The notes under the pieces: generated by a model | The model's database searches: none | Seen by the model: the letters and a program-made list of their open reading frames with translations, nothing else | Told to the model about the DNA's origin: nothing | Made by a program: the position numbers and the translations under genes | Shown: in pieces, positions 1-43,815 of the stretch | Layout: each line of letters opens with the position of its first letter | Position numbering within the stretch: the stretch's first letter is position 1 | From: Octopus sinensis | Lineage: Eukaryota | Length of the DNA: 64,000 nucleotides | Direction of reading: 5' to 3' | NCBI RefSeq assembly: GCF_006345805.1 | Contig: NC_043001.1 | Coordinates: forward strand, 73,160,001 to 73,224,000

Positions 1-85
1 CAAGTATCTTCTGCTTATAGCCCAGGCTGACCAAAGCTTTGTGAGTGAATTTGGTAGACATGAACTAGAAAAACACCCCATCATA

Positions 86-253
86 TACAAGGGGTTGCTG
101 AAAGTCCCTATCTTTGAGTAAATGAAAATACACAATTATTGCAGTAGTCCTTTATGTTTTTCTAAGCCCTGTAAAAGAACTCGAAAGGGTGGGCCTCCAT
201 CCAGACCTTTCATGATACCCTTAAAACCAGGAACTTTTCAGCGCCCCCTCATA
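86..253. mobile_element. Tc1/mariner-type MITE, copy 1
   Basis: Ends tacaaggggttgctgaaagtcc ... ggaacttttcagcgccccctcata are inverted; TA context; similar to 373-577. Confidence 0.7.
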
Positions 254-259
254 TGTGTC

Positions 260-325
<66 letters not shown>

Positions 326-372
326 GTGTTTGTGTGTGTATGTATGTATATCTGTGTATATACACACACACA

Positions 373-577
373 CAAGGGGGTGCTGAAAAGCTCCTGGCTT
401 TGGATAAAAGAGAATACAGGTGTATCAGTAAATTATGTAAATTCACACACTTATTGCAGCAGTCCTTTGTTTTTTGGGGGTTTTTTTCTAAGTTCTGTAA
501 AAGAACTCAGAAGTTTAGGCCTCCAAACAGGCTTTTCACAATACCCTTCAAGCCAGGAACTTTTCAGCACCCCTTCA
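373..577. mobile_element. Tc1/mariner-type MITE, copy 2
   Basis: ~28-bp TIR caagggggtgctgaaaagctcctggctt / aagccaggaacttttcagcaccccttca. Confidence 0.75.
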
Positions 578-1899
578 TATATGTGTGTGTTCCTATCTTG
601 ACATCATGTGGAGCTATAAGTCAGAATCATTGTCATAGAAGCAACATTGTTTTCTTCCAATGTTTCATGGAAAACGTATCTGGCCATGGGGAAATATTAC
701 TTTAGTTGGAAACAGGTGAGGATTGACAACAGGAAAGATATCCAGCCGTAGAAAAATTTGCCTCAGTGAATTCCATTTCACCTATGCAAGTATAGAAAAG
801 TGGATGCTAAAACGGTGATGTCAATGATGATTATAATGATGATAATTGTCATCATGATCATTATTTAATTACAATATGCCATGATATTATTGTCATTGTA
901 CATAATGAGTTTAACATGGAATTGAGGCTTCTATATCTTGCCTTTTTCTGTCTTCAGACATTTGGTATTTACCATAAATTCTTAACACACTACGACACAC
1001 ACACACAGATGTCTGTATACCATTTTTCATTTTTATTGTCTGAGTGTTTGTTTATTACCTCCATTACTCCCATACAACAAATAACCTGCTCCCTATATAA
1101 ACACATCCGTTAAATGTATAAACTCAGACTAGTCTTACAAGCAAGATTCAGTTCAAAAGTAGCTATTTTTTTTTCTAATTGTTCTCAAGAGACATGAAAG
1201 AGCTTTATAGTGAGGCAATTGTCTTGCTGCTCAAGAGTGTGAGCATGTGTATGTGTGTGAGAAAGCATCTGTGTGTGTGTGTTATTGTGTGCACTGTTTA
1301 CAGTTCCTTCATTGTTGTATCTGAAGAATCTCTTTCAGTCTATGGCTCCCCTGGCTTGTAGCACCACACACACACAGTAGTACTAGTGAGACTCCATATG
1401 TGGATCATATGTGGTGGTTGTTGGATGACAACAAACAACACACACACACACAACACAACAGTGTGCAGTGAATAGACTGAAATACAGAAATACTATCAGA
1501 TGCTAAACTCTTTTATTAGATAAGGGTATAAGGGTATTAGTGAAGTGTGTGGGGAGAGGAGGACTGGATTTACTTAGATCAGAGAATGGTGGGGGCGCCA
1601 GTGGAGTGACACATTCATAACTGAGTACTTATGTGTATACGTGTGTACACATTATATATATAAAGACAGACAGATAAATAAACTTGCATGCACATATATG
1701 GTTTCAATTCCTGGATGTTGTGGTGCATTGTGCTTCAACTCGCATTGCTCTAGTCTAATCACCTGAAAGTGAGTACCAGCCCGGTGCTGGTGCTCTCTTA
1801 CCCTCCAACTATCATATCTTGGATGTTCCACTGGGTCAAACGTGAGAGGGCTGAGATGGTGTCTATGCCAGCTACATAGGTACATGAGACAATGTGAAA

Positions 1900-2620
1900 A
1901 TATGGTTCCAGGTTCAGTCCCACTGCATAGCACCTTGGACAAGTGTCTAATAGCCTCAGGCCAACCAAAGCCTTGTGAGTGCATTTGATTGATGGAAACT
2001 AAAAGAAGCTTGTCACATCATCATCATCGTTTAACATCCGTTCTCCATGCTAGCATGGGTTGGACAGTTCGACCGGGGATCTGGGAAGGCAGAAGGCTGC
2101 AGTCTTATCTGGCAGTGTTTCTACAGCTGGATGCCCTTCCTAATGCCAACCACTCCGTGAGTGTAGTGGGTGCTTTTTACGTGCCACTTGCACAGGTGCC
2201 AGGCGAGGCTGGCAACGGCCACGGTCGGATTGGTGCATTTTACATGCCACCGGCACGGAAGCCAGTCGAGGCGGCACTGGCATCGGCCACGATTCGGATG
2301 GTGCTTTTTACGTGCCACCGTAAAAAGCACGGTGGCACATGCTTTTTACATATATATATATATATATTTGCATGTGTGTATCTATGTGTATGTATCTGTG
2401 TGTTTTGTGTGTGTTTGTCCTCCACACAACTTGACAACTGGTGTTGGTGTGTTTACATCCCTGTAGCTTTGCAGTTTGGCAAAAGAGACTGATAGAATAA
2501 GTACTAGGCTTTAGAAAATAAAAAATAAGTCCTGGGGTTGATTTGTTTGGCTTAAATCTTTCAAGGCAGTGCCCCAGCATGGCTGCAGTCAAATGACTGA
2601 AACAAGTAAAATATAAAATA
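1900..2620 (+). mobile_element. tRNA-derived SINE family A, interrupted by a nested RTE-tail insert (2017-2345)
   Basis: B-box ggttcagtccc head, central TA/TG microsatellite, 3' part ...cagcatggctgcagtcaaatgactgaaacaagtaaaa. Confidence 0.8.
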
Positions 2621-2629
2621 CGCTATATC

Positions 2630-2990
2630 TATTGTTTCAATTATTGGACTGTGGCCATGCTGGAATATTAACATGAAGGGTTTTAGTTAAATGAATCAAC
2701 CCCAAGATTTACTTTTAAACCCTGGTAATTATTCTGTCAGGCTCTTTTGCTGAATTATGGGAGATGTAAACAAACTAACGTTGGTTGTCAAGCGATGATG
2801 GGGGACAAACACAAGCACAATGACACACATATATGATAGACTTCTTTCAGTTTCTATCTACCAAATCCACCCATAAGACTTCAATCAACCCAGGGTTATA
2901 GCAGGAGACATTCGCTTAAAGTGCCACGCAGTGGGACTGAACCCGTAACTATGTGATTGGGGAGCAAACTTATTACCACACAGTCACACC
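2630..2990 (-). mobile_element. SINE family A
   Basis: Full-length reverse complement of the family consensus (e.g. gtgggactgaacc). Confidence 0.8.
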
Positions 2991-3249
2991 TATACCTAGT
3001 AGAGATAAATAATGTTTTTATTTTGGTCTGGGGTTTTAAGCAACTAATTTGGCTGAGTAAGTTGTCAGGTGAAACCTAAATGTCCCAGTCATAACAAATT
3101 TTACAATGAATTTGACTCTACTTTTTTGTTATCTCCCCACTCAATAGATGTTCTATTATTTTAAAAATTATCTAAGAATAATAACTTTAAATAAACATTG
3201 GCACGCACACACACACACACACACAAATATGTAGGCATATATATCTATA

Positions 3250-3459
3250 TTCTTTTATTCATTTCAGTCATTAGACTACAGCCATACTGGAGCACTGCCT
3301 TTAGTTGAACAAATCAACTCCAGAACTTATTCTTTGTAAGCCTAGTACTTGTTCTATCAGTCTCTTTTGCTGAACTGCTAGGTTACAGGGACATAAACAC
3401 ACCATCGGTTGTCAAGCAATGGTGGGGGGACAAACACAGACACACAAACATACATACAT

Positions 3460-3507
<48 letters not shown>

Positions 3508-3668
3508 GACAGGCTTCTTTTAGTTTCTGTCTACCAGATCCACTCACAAAGCTTTGGTAAGCCTGAGGCTATAGTAGAAGACACTTGCCCAAGTTGCCAC
3601 ATAGTAGGACTGAACTCGGAACCATGTGGTTGGAAAGCAAGCTACTTAACACACAGCCATTCCTGTGC
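3250..3668 (-). mobile_element. SINE family A
   Basis: Full-length minus copy with internal (CA)n(TA)n. Confidence 0.85.
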
Positions 3669-3684
3669 CTATATATATTCATAG

Positions 3685-3844
3685 AGTGATAGCTGCGTGA
3701 TAAGAAGCTTGCTCCCCAAACACGATTTCAGGTTCAGCCCCACTGCATTGCACCTTGGGTCTTCTACTCTAGCCTTGGGCCAACCAAAACTTTGTGAGTG
3801 GATTTGGTCGACAGAGACTAAAAGAAGTTCATTGTGTGTTTGTG

Positions 3845-3877
<33 letters not shown>

Positions 3878-4080
3878 ATCATTGTGCCTGTGTTTGCCCT
3901 CCCCCCACCACTTGATACTTGGTGTTGGTGAGTTTATGTCTCCTATAACTTAGCTGTTCAGCAAGAAGAGACCAATAGGCTTAACAAGAAATAAGTACTG
4001 GAGTTGATTCGTTTGACTAAAAGTTCTTCAAGGTGGTGCCGCAGCACGGCCATAGTCTAATGATTGAAACAAGTAAAACA
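3685..4080 (+). mobile_element. SINE family A
   Basis: Full-length plus copy, head-to-head with 3250-3668. Confidence 0.85.
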
Positions 4081-4885
4081 CGATAATTGTTACTTAATAA
4101 TATTAAACTACCATGATCCATTTACTGAGGTAGCTGTTTTGTTTAAAAACCTTTTATCTGGATTTATAAACCTATCTATTGATATACTCAACATCATTTT
4201 AATGTCACCTACATTTCTGTATTTGTATGAGTCAGATGGAATTTGTTGAGGTAGATTTTTTCCATGGTCAGATGCCCATTCTGTCTTCAGCTTGCACCTC
4301 TTTCCAAGCAAGGTAACATTTTTGCCTGTAGCCAGACATGTTTTCATAGATTGGAAACGAGCATCAGTGCTTGTGAGAGCTGATGCTCATTAATAAATAT
4401 ATCACTATGTCAAGGCAAGGAGACAGCTGTCTATTTGAACATGCACATACATATACATAAAAAGCATCCAGTCCACACTGTAAAGTGGTTGGCATCTGGA
4501 AAGGCATCCAGCTATAAAAATCAGGTCAAAACTAACCTCATCTGTGCTTGTGCTACGTAAAAAGCACTGAGTCCATTCTGCAGAGTGGTTGATGTTAGGA
4601 AGGGCATCCATCCATAAAAAAACCTTACCAAAACAGACACAATTGCATAGGGTAATTTTTCTACCTGGCCAGCTCCTATGAACTATCCTACCATGCATGC
4701 ATAGGAGATGGATGATAAACAAGGCATAAATATAAGACAAGGCATCAATGATGGTCATTACATATTTCCTTATTATAATATATTTCACTTAGATCTGTTT
4801 TCAGTAGTCATTATAGATTTGTTATTGATTGGTTTACTGAATCAGTCCATTGATCAGTTGAGAAAAGTTATATATATATATATTA

Positions 4886-5104
4886 TGTAGATAGGGTTTT
4901 AATTCAAGCTGTGTCTCCTTGAAGCATATTTGCTTATTCTAGTACTCCAAAATTTTATGTAGGTGTTATATTTGCGTGAGGTATGCATAAGAGTTGAAAA
5001 ATACTAGAAGATATTTTTTGCAGAGTAATTACATATTGAAACAGGAGATTGGAAAAAAATTTTGGTATTATCTATATTACCAAATTTTTTCCAATCTCCT
5101 GTTT
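4886..5104. repeat. Unclassified dispersed repeat, second copy at ~16421-16740
   Basis: Shared tgtagataggg...caagctg...agcacatttg...tccaaa...cataagagttgaaaa...gcagagtaatta; internal inverted repeat. Confidence 0.65.
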
Positions 5105-5130
5105 ATGTACATGTATGCGTGTGTGTATAT

Positions 5131-6297
5131 ATCATCATCGTTTAACATCCATTTTACATGCTGGCATTGGTTGGACAGTTCGACTGGGGTCTGGGAAGCC
5201 AGGAGACTGCACCAGGCTACAGTCTGATCTGGCAGTGTTTCTACAGCTGGTTACCCTTCTTAACGTCAACCACTCTGAGAGTGTAGTGGGTGCTTTTTTA
5301 CGTGCCACTGGCACAGGGGCCAGAAGGGGCTGGCATCAACCACGATCAGATGGTGCTTTTTATATGCCACCAGCACAGAAGCCAGTCAAAGCAGCACTGG
5401 CATGAGCCACATTCAGATGGTGCTTTTTACATGCCACCAGCAGGAGGAGTATTACTACAATTTCCATTTGAATGTGATTTGCTTTGATTTTGATGTACTT
5501 AACTCAGTAGGTCTCCTTAAGCATGGCATGTCACCCTACTATCCAAGGAACTTTTGAGAGGGCTGGTTATGCAACACTGGTGTGGGTTACAGTTGCGAGC
5601 TCACTTTATTTGCCAGGTCTTCTCAGTCACAGCATACTTCTAGAAGTCTCCGTCTTGTCATTGGCTCTGTGAGGCCCAACATTTGAAGGTCATGCTTTAC
5701 CACCTCACCCCAAGTCTTCCTGGCTCTCCATCTACCCCGGATTCCTTCCACTGTTTAAGAGTGGCACTTCTTCACACAGCTCTCCTCGTCCATCCGTAGT
5801 ACATGACCATACCAACGCAAATGTCTCTCTTCCACACCTCATTTGATGCTTCTTATGTCCAAGATTTCTCTCAGGGCGCTTACACTCTGTTGTGTGTGCA
5901 CACTGACATTACACATCCAGCAGATCATGCTAGCTTCATTTCTTTCAAGCCTACGCATGTCTTCAGCAGTCACAACCCACGTTTCACTGCTGTGAAGCAT
6001 GGCAGTTTGCACACATGCATTGTACAATCTACCTTTCACTCTGAGTGAGAGGTCATTTGTCACCAGTAGGGGTAGAAGCTTTCTGAAATTTGCCCAGGCT
6101 ATTCTTATTCTAGTGGTAACACTCTCTGAGTATCCACCCCCACTACAGACTTGGTCACCTAGATAGCGGAAGCTATCAACTACTTCTAGTTTCTCCCCGC
6201 TGGCATGTGATGGAATCTGTTTTCTGAGCATCTGTGATGTTTATTGCCCCTGTGCATCTACAGCACATGAAAACTATCTTCCCAGTTAATCTTCCTT
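5131..6297 (-). mobile_element. RTE-clade LINE 3' fragment (RT C-terminus, 3'UTR, (ATG)n tail)
   Basis: ORF 5839..6231: LEVVDSFRYLG...RIRIAWANFRKL...KGRLYNACVQTAMLHSSETW; 3'UTR shared with 2017-2345, 15673-16140, 36020-36650, 43638-43815. Confidence 0.88.
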
Positions 6298-7552
6298 TAT
6301 GTATATATATGCACACACACACACACACACACACTTATGTGACTGGTTTCTTTCAGTTTCCTTCTACAAAATCCACTCACAAGGCTTTGATCATCTCAGG
6401 GCTATAGTAGAAGATACTTTCCTAAGGTGTCATGCAGTGAGACTGATCCTGAAACCATGTGATTGGGAAGCAAACTTCTTAACCACACAGTCACACCTGT
6501 GCATGCACACACACGCACAATCATTTACTTGTGTATATATAATATGCATATTTAATGGTTTGTCAATGTATATTTTCATGTGTTTCATATAAGTATAACT
6601 GTACTAGTGTATGCACATGTGTTTATGTTTGATAGCTTTCATGTTGTCATCATCATCATCATCGCCACCACCGTCACCTTGTAACTCTTCTATGCTTGCT
6701 TGGGTTGGATCTACATTCTCCATCACAATGCTTCACTGATTCGTTGCACTCCTTTGTCATCCTTTCAGCCTGTTAAGATCTACCTTCACCACTTCTACCC
6801 ACTTCTTCCTCTTCCATATGATCTTTCCACTTCATTCATTCAACACTTCTTCCTTCATCTGTCATTATCCATAAGTATCGCATATCTATAAACAGCAAAG
6901 TCTTCCTACTTGCACACTGTTTTTTCATTCCTCTTACGCCCATTCATTTCTATGCATGTGTGTGTATATAATTACATTTACACATAACTTAGCTGTTGCT
7001 TGCAAGTGCGTATGACCTGGCAGCTTATAACACATTTTGTCCTATTGTTTTAGGTTCCTATATAGCGGCAAGGAGACAACATTGACACCCTCTTGGCCCT
7101 TCCACCCTTGAACCTGTGGAATATGATAGTTATGACAGCTGGAAGGAGAAAAGGTTACACTGGCACTCAGCTGGTACTCATTTACAAACTGTGTAGATTG
7201 GAGCAATGTCAGATGGAGTGCTTTGCTCTTCGTCTAACACTCTTCTCAGTCCAGGAATTGAACTCATGGTTTTATTTATAATCATGAATCTAACACCTTG
7301 GAATTATACAAAGAAGCAAAGAAGATTAATTTGACACCTACAGAAGGATGAAGCACAAATTCATGAATATTATATTTATGTGCACCCATTCATGAAATAA
7401 TGCACAAGCACATGAATACATTAATGCTGAAGTATGTGTGTGTGTGTGTGTGTACAAACACATGCTCTACATAGAAGAGTAGAACTGAGGTAGACCTCTA
7501 TTTTGGGGGATATTTTCTGATAATGAGATTGATACACACACACACCTTTTGA

Positions 7553-38274
<30,722 letters not shown>

Positions 38275-38294
38275 ATTATATGTTTCTCACAAAA

Positions 38295-38342
38295 TCTCTC
38301 TCTCACTCTCTCTTTCTCACTCTCTCTTTCTCTCTCTCTCTT

Positions 38343-38375
<33 letters not shown>

Positions 38376-38390
38376 ATCTGTATCTCTCTT
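38295..38390. repeat. (CT)n microsatellite just after the SIK3 stop codon
   Basis: Direct reading. Confidence 0.9.
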
Positions 38391-38484
38391 ATACAGCCTT
38401 ATTTCTTTTTTGTTTACTTTTTGGTTTATCTCAAAAATTTTTATATTTTATTTTCATTTTGTACATTTTTTCATTCTTCTTATA

Positions 38485-38490
38485 AATAAA
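38485..38490 (+). promoter_or_regulatory. Candidate proximal polyadenylation signal AATAAA
   Basis: First AATAAA after the stop codon, followed by T-rich sequence. The hexamer is common in AT-rich DNA, so support is weak. Confidence 0.3.
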
Positions 38491-41400
38491 TCTATATGAC
38501 CTCCTTCATTTTTTTTATTTTATCACCTCTCTCTTTCTCTCTCTCTCTCTCTCGTACGCGCACACACACACACACACACAAAGTCAACTACTTCCTTACT
38601 GACTATATATGCAAACACACACACACACAGTATATTTTAGTTAACGTTTAAAACAATGCCATTTCAACCTAATATTATATTTTCAAAACTATTTTAATTC
38701 TTTTTCTCAACTAAAACAGAATTTTCTTTTAGATATTTTCTTTAAAGAATGAAGAAAAAAGCACACATGCACAGGTACATACCCACATATACCTACACAT
38801 ACAGGTATATGCCACCTTGCATGCACATATCTACTGGCACAGGTAACTCAACACACATACACTCTCTCATAATTTAGTGTGGCAGTGTGTTTGGGTTAAT
38901 ACACAAAGGTTTTAGTTTGGATCAAAATATACTACCCAATCCCACTCCCTACTATCATTTACAGAACTGGTAACTGACCAATTTCAACCATTTCTGTTAC
39001 ATTTCAGCCAACGACCAGTAGAATTTTAAGGATATCTAGGCTTAAATCTGAGCTTCTTAAATAGTAGTTGTGTAATACAAGTCTATTGCAGGATAGGTAT
39101 GTGTTTTTACATCTAAACACACACACACACACATGCATATATTGTGTGTGTGTTTGTATGTCTGCATGCATGTGTACTGGGCATCCAACCACAGAAAATT
39201 TACAAATTCTATCTGATCCATGCAAATATGGCAAAATAGAAGTCAAATGATATAAGGATGAGTGTCTGTATGTATTAGTGCTTTTTTTTCTTATATCCAA
39301 TTATATATAAAAGCAAAAACAATTTATATTAAACTGAAGGATTATTCAACACTTTTTAGTTGTAGACATATTCATTACCTTTTGCAGGGAAAAGGTTGAC
39401 AGTAACTTCAAAGTTTCCACTTGCTTGCCTTCATCAGACAGTCTAATGAAAGCAAGTCAAAACTTTAGAGTCATTGTCAATCTTTCCTTTATAGAAATTC
39501 ACATGCACACATATACACATACATACTTCATATATATGTACATACATGTGAACATAACATATGTGTGGTGGTGGGAAGACACATTCACACACCATCTTTA
39601 GTGCTGTAGAGAACTTTTCTCAAATGTTGAATCAAATACTTTTCTGTTAAAATGTTTCTTGCTCCTTTGGTCACTGTAGAATCCTTGGTTCTTGACCACT
39701 TTACAGCTAAACACAAGGTCTCATTCATAGCATCTATTTTGGGTATTTCTAACTGTGTTAGAGATGAACACTTGTAATTAAACAACTTCAGCTCTGTGTG
39801 AGCAGTGACGATAGCAGTAGTAGTAATTAAGTTTTATGTGGTTCAAAGATAATTTTTTTACTGGAATATGTTTTATTTGCATTGCTAGGTTGAAGTATGA
39901 ATTTATTGTCTGTCATGAATAAGAAGAGAACATAAATACAGATTACAACACTGATTTTCCAACAACAGATGATCTGGTATCTCTTTTAATTCCGTCAAAT
40001 ATTAAATAAGGTCACTAAAATTTTTCTATGATCATTATTAATAACTTTTTTGCCACTAAGCTTTCACAACATACATTTGTTTATTCACTAGATATATGTG
40101 ATGAAGGTGGAAACACTCTCTTTATGTCTAACTCAAATTATATAAAGATACAAATATTTATAAATAAATCTAACATCCTAGGGAGCCTCTCTCTTTCTTT
40201 CTCAAGAACAAGTTAACTTACCTTTATTGTGGAAAACAGTATCCCAGCATGTAAGAGGAAATGGTAAATGTATGCACTTCACAGTTACAAGAGAGGATTC
40301 ATCGGGTGCCCTGTAGTTGCAAGGTTAATGCTTGGCATTGGATTTTTGTTTTAAATATTTGCACCTTCATATTATCCAACTTCATTACAAGTTTCTAGTG
40401 AATAACCAAAGATATGTCGCAAAGGTTTAACAGTTAAGAAGTTTACAATAAATAATGTTGCGGCATTTATTCAGAATTACTATCACGTGACTTCTTTTAA
40501 TTCTTCAAAATGGATAATCTAGCATGGGTCTGGAATCAAGGGTGCTGGAAAATTAGTAGGGGACTGTTTTACAGTCATTAACTATTTACTCATATTAATT
40601 AGTTTTTATTTTAAATCTTATCACTTTTTTATTCTTTTACAAAGAAACTTGAAGGACCCTGTGTAAATGTTTAAATAATTACACGTGTATGTATATAAGT
40701 GGTTTGTATGTATGAGCATACAGCTGTTTGTTAAGATGGTAATCAATCAATCCAAAAAAAAAAAGAAATTATATTATGAATTGTATATTACAGAGATGTG
40801 ATGTTTTCATTAACAGCTATGTAACTAATTAATCTCTATTCATGCATGTATTAACTGGTCGAGATATTTGACAAGTTGAAAACCTGATTCTAACCTTTGT
40901 AGACCAACTGTGTAGGGTCAGTGTTCTCATTGTTGTTCATTGTTGACTGTCTTGTATGCTTAATGGTTGAATGAGGGAGATATACTGCACTAACAAAGTG
41001 TTTATAGGTTCGATCCTACTGCATGGCTCTTTGGGCAAATGTCTTCTGCAATAGCCCCAGTTGAACAAAGTGCTTAGAGTGGGATTTGATAGACAGCTTG
41101 GTTATGATTGAGAATGGGAATATAAGTTGTGAGGAGCTAGATATGATTGTGTAATGAGTTGTGTTCCTGCTTGGTTCAGCAACGTACTCTAAGTTGTGTT
41201 AATGTGTAGAGGATAGAGAACTATTTTGGATAATGTAAGAAGTATAGAGGGTTATAGCTGGAAAGAGTTGGTGTGGGATGGTCTAATTATTATAGAGTTG
41301 GGTGTGAAGTGATGTTGGTATCATAGGCGGTGTGGGTTAGTTCTAGTGTTACAGAAATGTGCTGGATGTCAATATCATAGAGGTGGGTGTAATCTGGTAT

Positions 41401-43637
41401 CAATATCAGAGATTGGTGTTATTGAAGTAAACTGTATATGTATATACATGTAGAGAGGAAGTGTGTCAGTCCTTAGATGCCCCTCTCTACATTGCTAAAG
41501 TGGGTATGTTAGGGAAAGAGATAGAGCTCAATTAAATGATATTGTGATGTAGTTATCTTCCAGTTCAGGTGATTAATGTAAAAGGATCCCCTTGATGGTC
41601 ATCTTTGCTACAAGCAATCACCTGCCATTGTTAAATATGGTAAAAGATTGTGCTGATGTGAAGGTGTCCAGTGACCTATACTTTCTAGAAACTATATTAT
41701 TGTTGGTCAGTGTATTGGTGTTAAGTGTGAGAATGATTGATGATTGACTACTAATCTCCCATTGAATCTAAGACCATTTGAGTAGATCAAGCTCATTTGG
41801 ACAGTAACTACTGTTCTATTTGATGTACTATTAGTCAAAATACTAATGGCCACATTAATTGCAATAAACTGTTAATATATGTATTTATCAATAGCCATCT
41901 GTGATGGTAGAAATATTGTAATTAATAGTAATTCTATGCATTTATATAAACACATGTACATCTTATAAGCTAGTGGTAGTTTGTTAGTGTCACACTAATA
42001 GTAATATGCTGTGTTTAGTAGTCCAGTAGTAACTGTCATGCTAGTGATTATATTTAATATTGTGGTAATGTAAATATAGTATTGTAGTACTTTAGTAAGT
42101 ACCATAGTAACTGGCAATATAATCATATGATCATAGCCTGTTGGTAGTGTAATATAGTATTGTTGTACCATACATAGATAGAATTAGCTGTGAAAGTCTG
42201 TTAGAACTTGTCACATTGACTGTAGTTCAGATTACAGTAAGTAATTGTTAGGTCATAACTACAGGTACAACACTGATTTTCTGGAACTGTTGGCTCCTAA
42301 GCTTTTTTGGATTACTGATTTTTCTTAACCAGGAGTCATCACCTTCATCGACTCACTCTAAGTTAAACAAATATTAAATTTACTTAGATAATAAAATGAA
42401 GGTACCTATTCATTAGTGTAACTGCTACAAGTTTATTAATACTGTACTGCATCAAGTACCGATAAATTAGTCTGGCAGCCATGGGAATTTGAAACTCCTG
42501 CTTGTAAATTAGTGCAGATTATAAGAGGTTCTGGACCATCAGTACATAAAAAGTCAATGTTGTACCTATAATAGCTAAATAGAAAAGGACTTCCTGCTTA
42601 GATAAACAGCTTTGTCTTTATTGATCAAACAACTTCACAGATCAAACAGCTTCATTGATCTATCTATCTTTACAGATCTATTTTTACACAAATCAAACAG
42701 CTTCATTGATCTGTTTTCATTGACCTCTCTTCAATAAAGACAGACAAATATTATCTCTAGGAGCAGTGAGACTATTCCAATGAATTTCCACTCAATTAGT
42801 TGTTAAATGTGTGTTGAAAATACCAGTAGAAAGTATAAAAATGTTTTACTCCTCAAGGGGCCAATGTGAGATATATTCATTTATAAAGGCAAACTATGAG
42901 CAAAGGAATAGTTGAGACAGTGAGAGAGTGATTGTGTGTGTATGTGTGTATATATATATACACACACATATATATTTCTGTTAATATTTAGCAGAAGCAA
43001 CAGAGTGGCTCAAATGCCAATGCATGAAACTCTCAACCCTTGAGTCACTCTGTTGCTTCTGCCACATATTAATAAAAATGTGTGTGTGTGTGTGTATATG
43101 TATATATAATTCTAATTCTTCTCCCCTCCTCTTCAACGTTCCCTCTCTCTCATTCTTCCTCCTTGACTCTCTTGTTGTTAACACGTGCCCAACAGCTATC
43201 TATCTTTCTTCCACTTCCTTCCAAAAGACAAGACGTGCTTTTGCCTGTCTCTTCTCAAAGCTATTTTTCCAACGTTCACCACTTCACCTCATTATGGCTT
43301 AACAACCCTCATCGTTTGTTTTTACTGTTTTGTTCTTAATGTCCTATTTTTGTTACCACTTTAACCCTCCGCAAAAAATCCCAAATTTTATTTAATTTGC
43401 CTTGCGGGAAGCACTATTTTAACGAAGTCACATCTTGTCCCTACCTTCGAAATGTGGAATAGATAAAATGGGGGACAACTGATGAAGAGAATGTTCTTTA
43501 TGTTGCCTGTTTCATTTCTCTATTTGTTTCTTTCATTGTTCGGAAAAAGTTTATTTTCCATGCTTTTGTTTTTTATGTTCCCGTTTCTCATTTTGTTCAT
43601 GTTTTTTTGACATCCTGTACCCATGTATGCAAGTATA

Positions 43638-43815
43638 TCATCATCATCATCATCGTTTAACGTCCGTTTTCCGCGCTAGCACGGGTTGGACGGTTTCGAC
43701 CGGGGTCTGGGGAGCTCGGGACTGCCCCAGGCTCCAGTCTAGTCTGGCAGTGTTTCTACAGCTGGATGCCCTTCCTAATGCCAACCACACCGCGAATGTA
43801 GTGGGTGTTTTTTAT
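43638..43815 (-). mobile_element. Young, CpG-retaining RTE-type 3' end
   Basis: tcatcatcatcatcatcgtttaacgtccgttttccgcgctagcacgggttggacgg... Confidence 0.8.

Noticed and set aside
43440-43500. Hammerhead ribozyme (cgaaa...ctgatga)
   Set aside because: Could not build the three required stems around the core motifs
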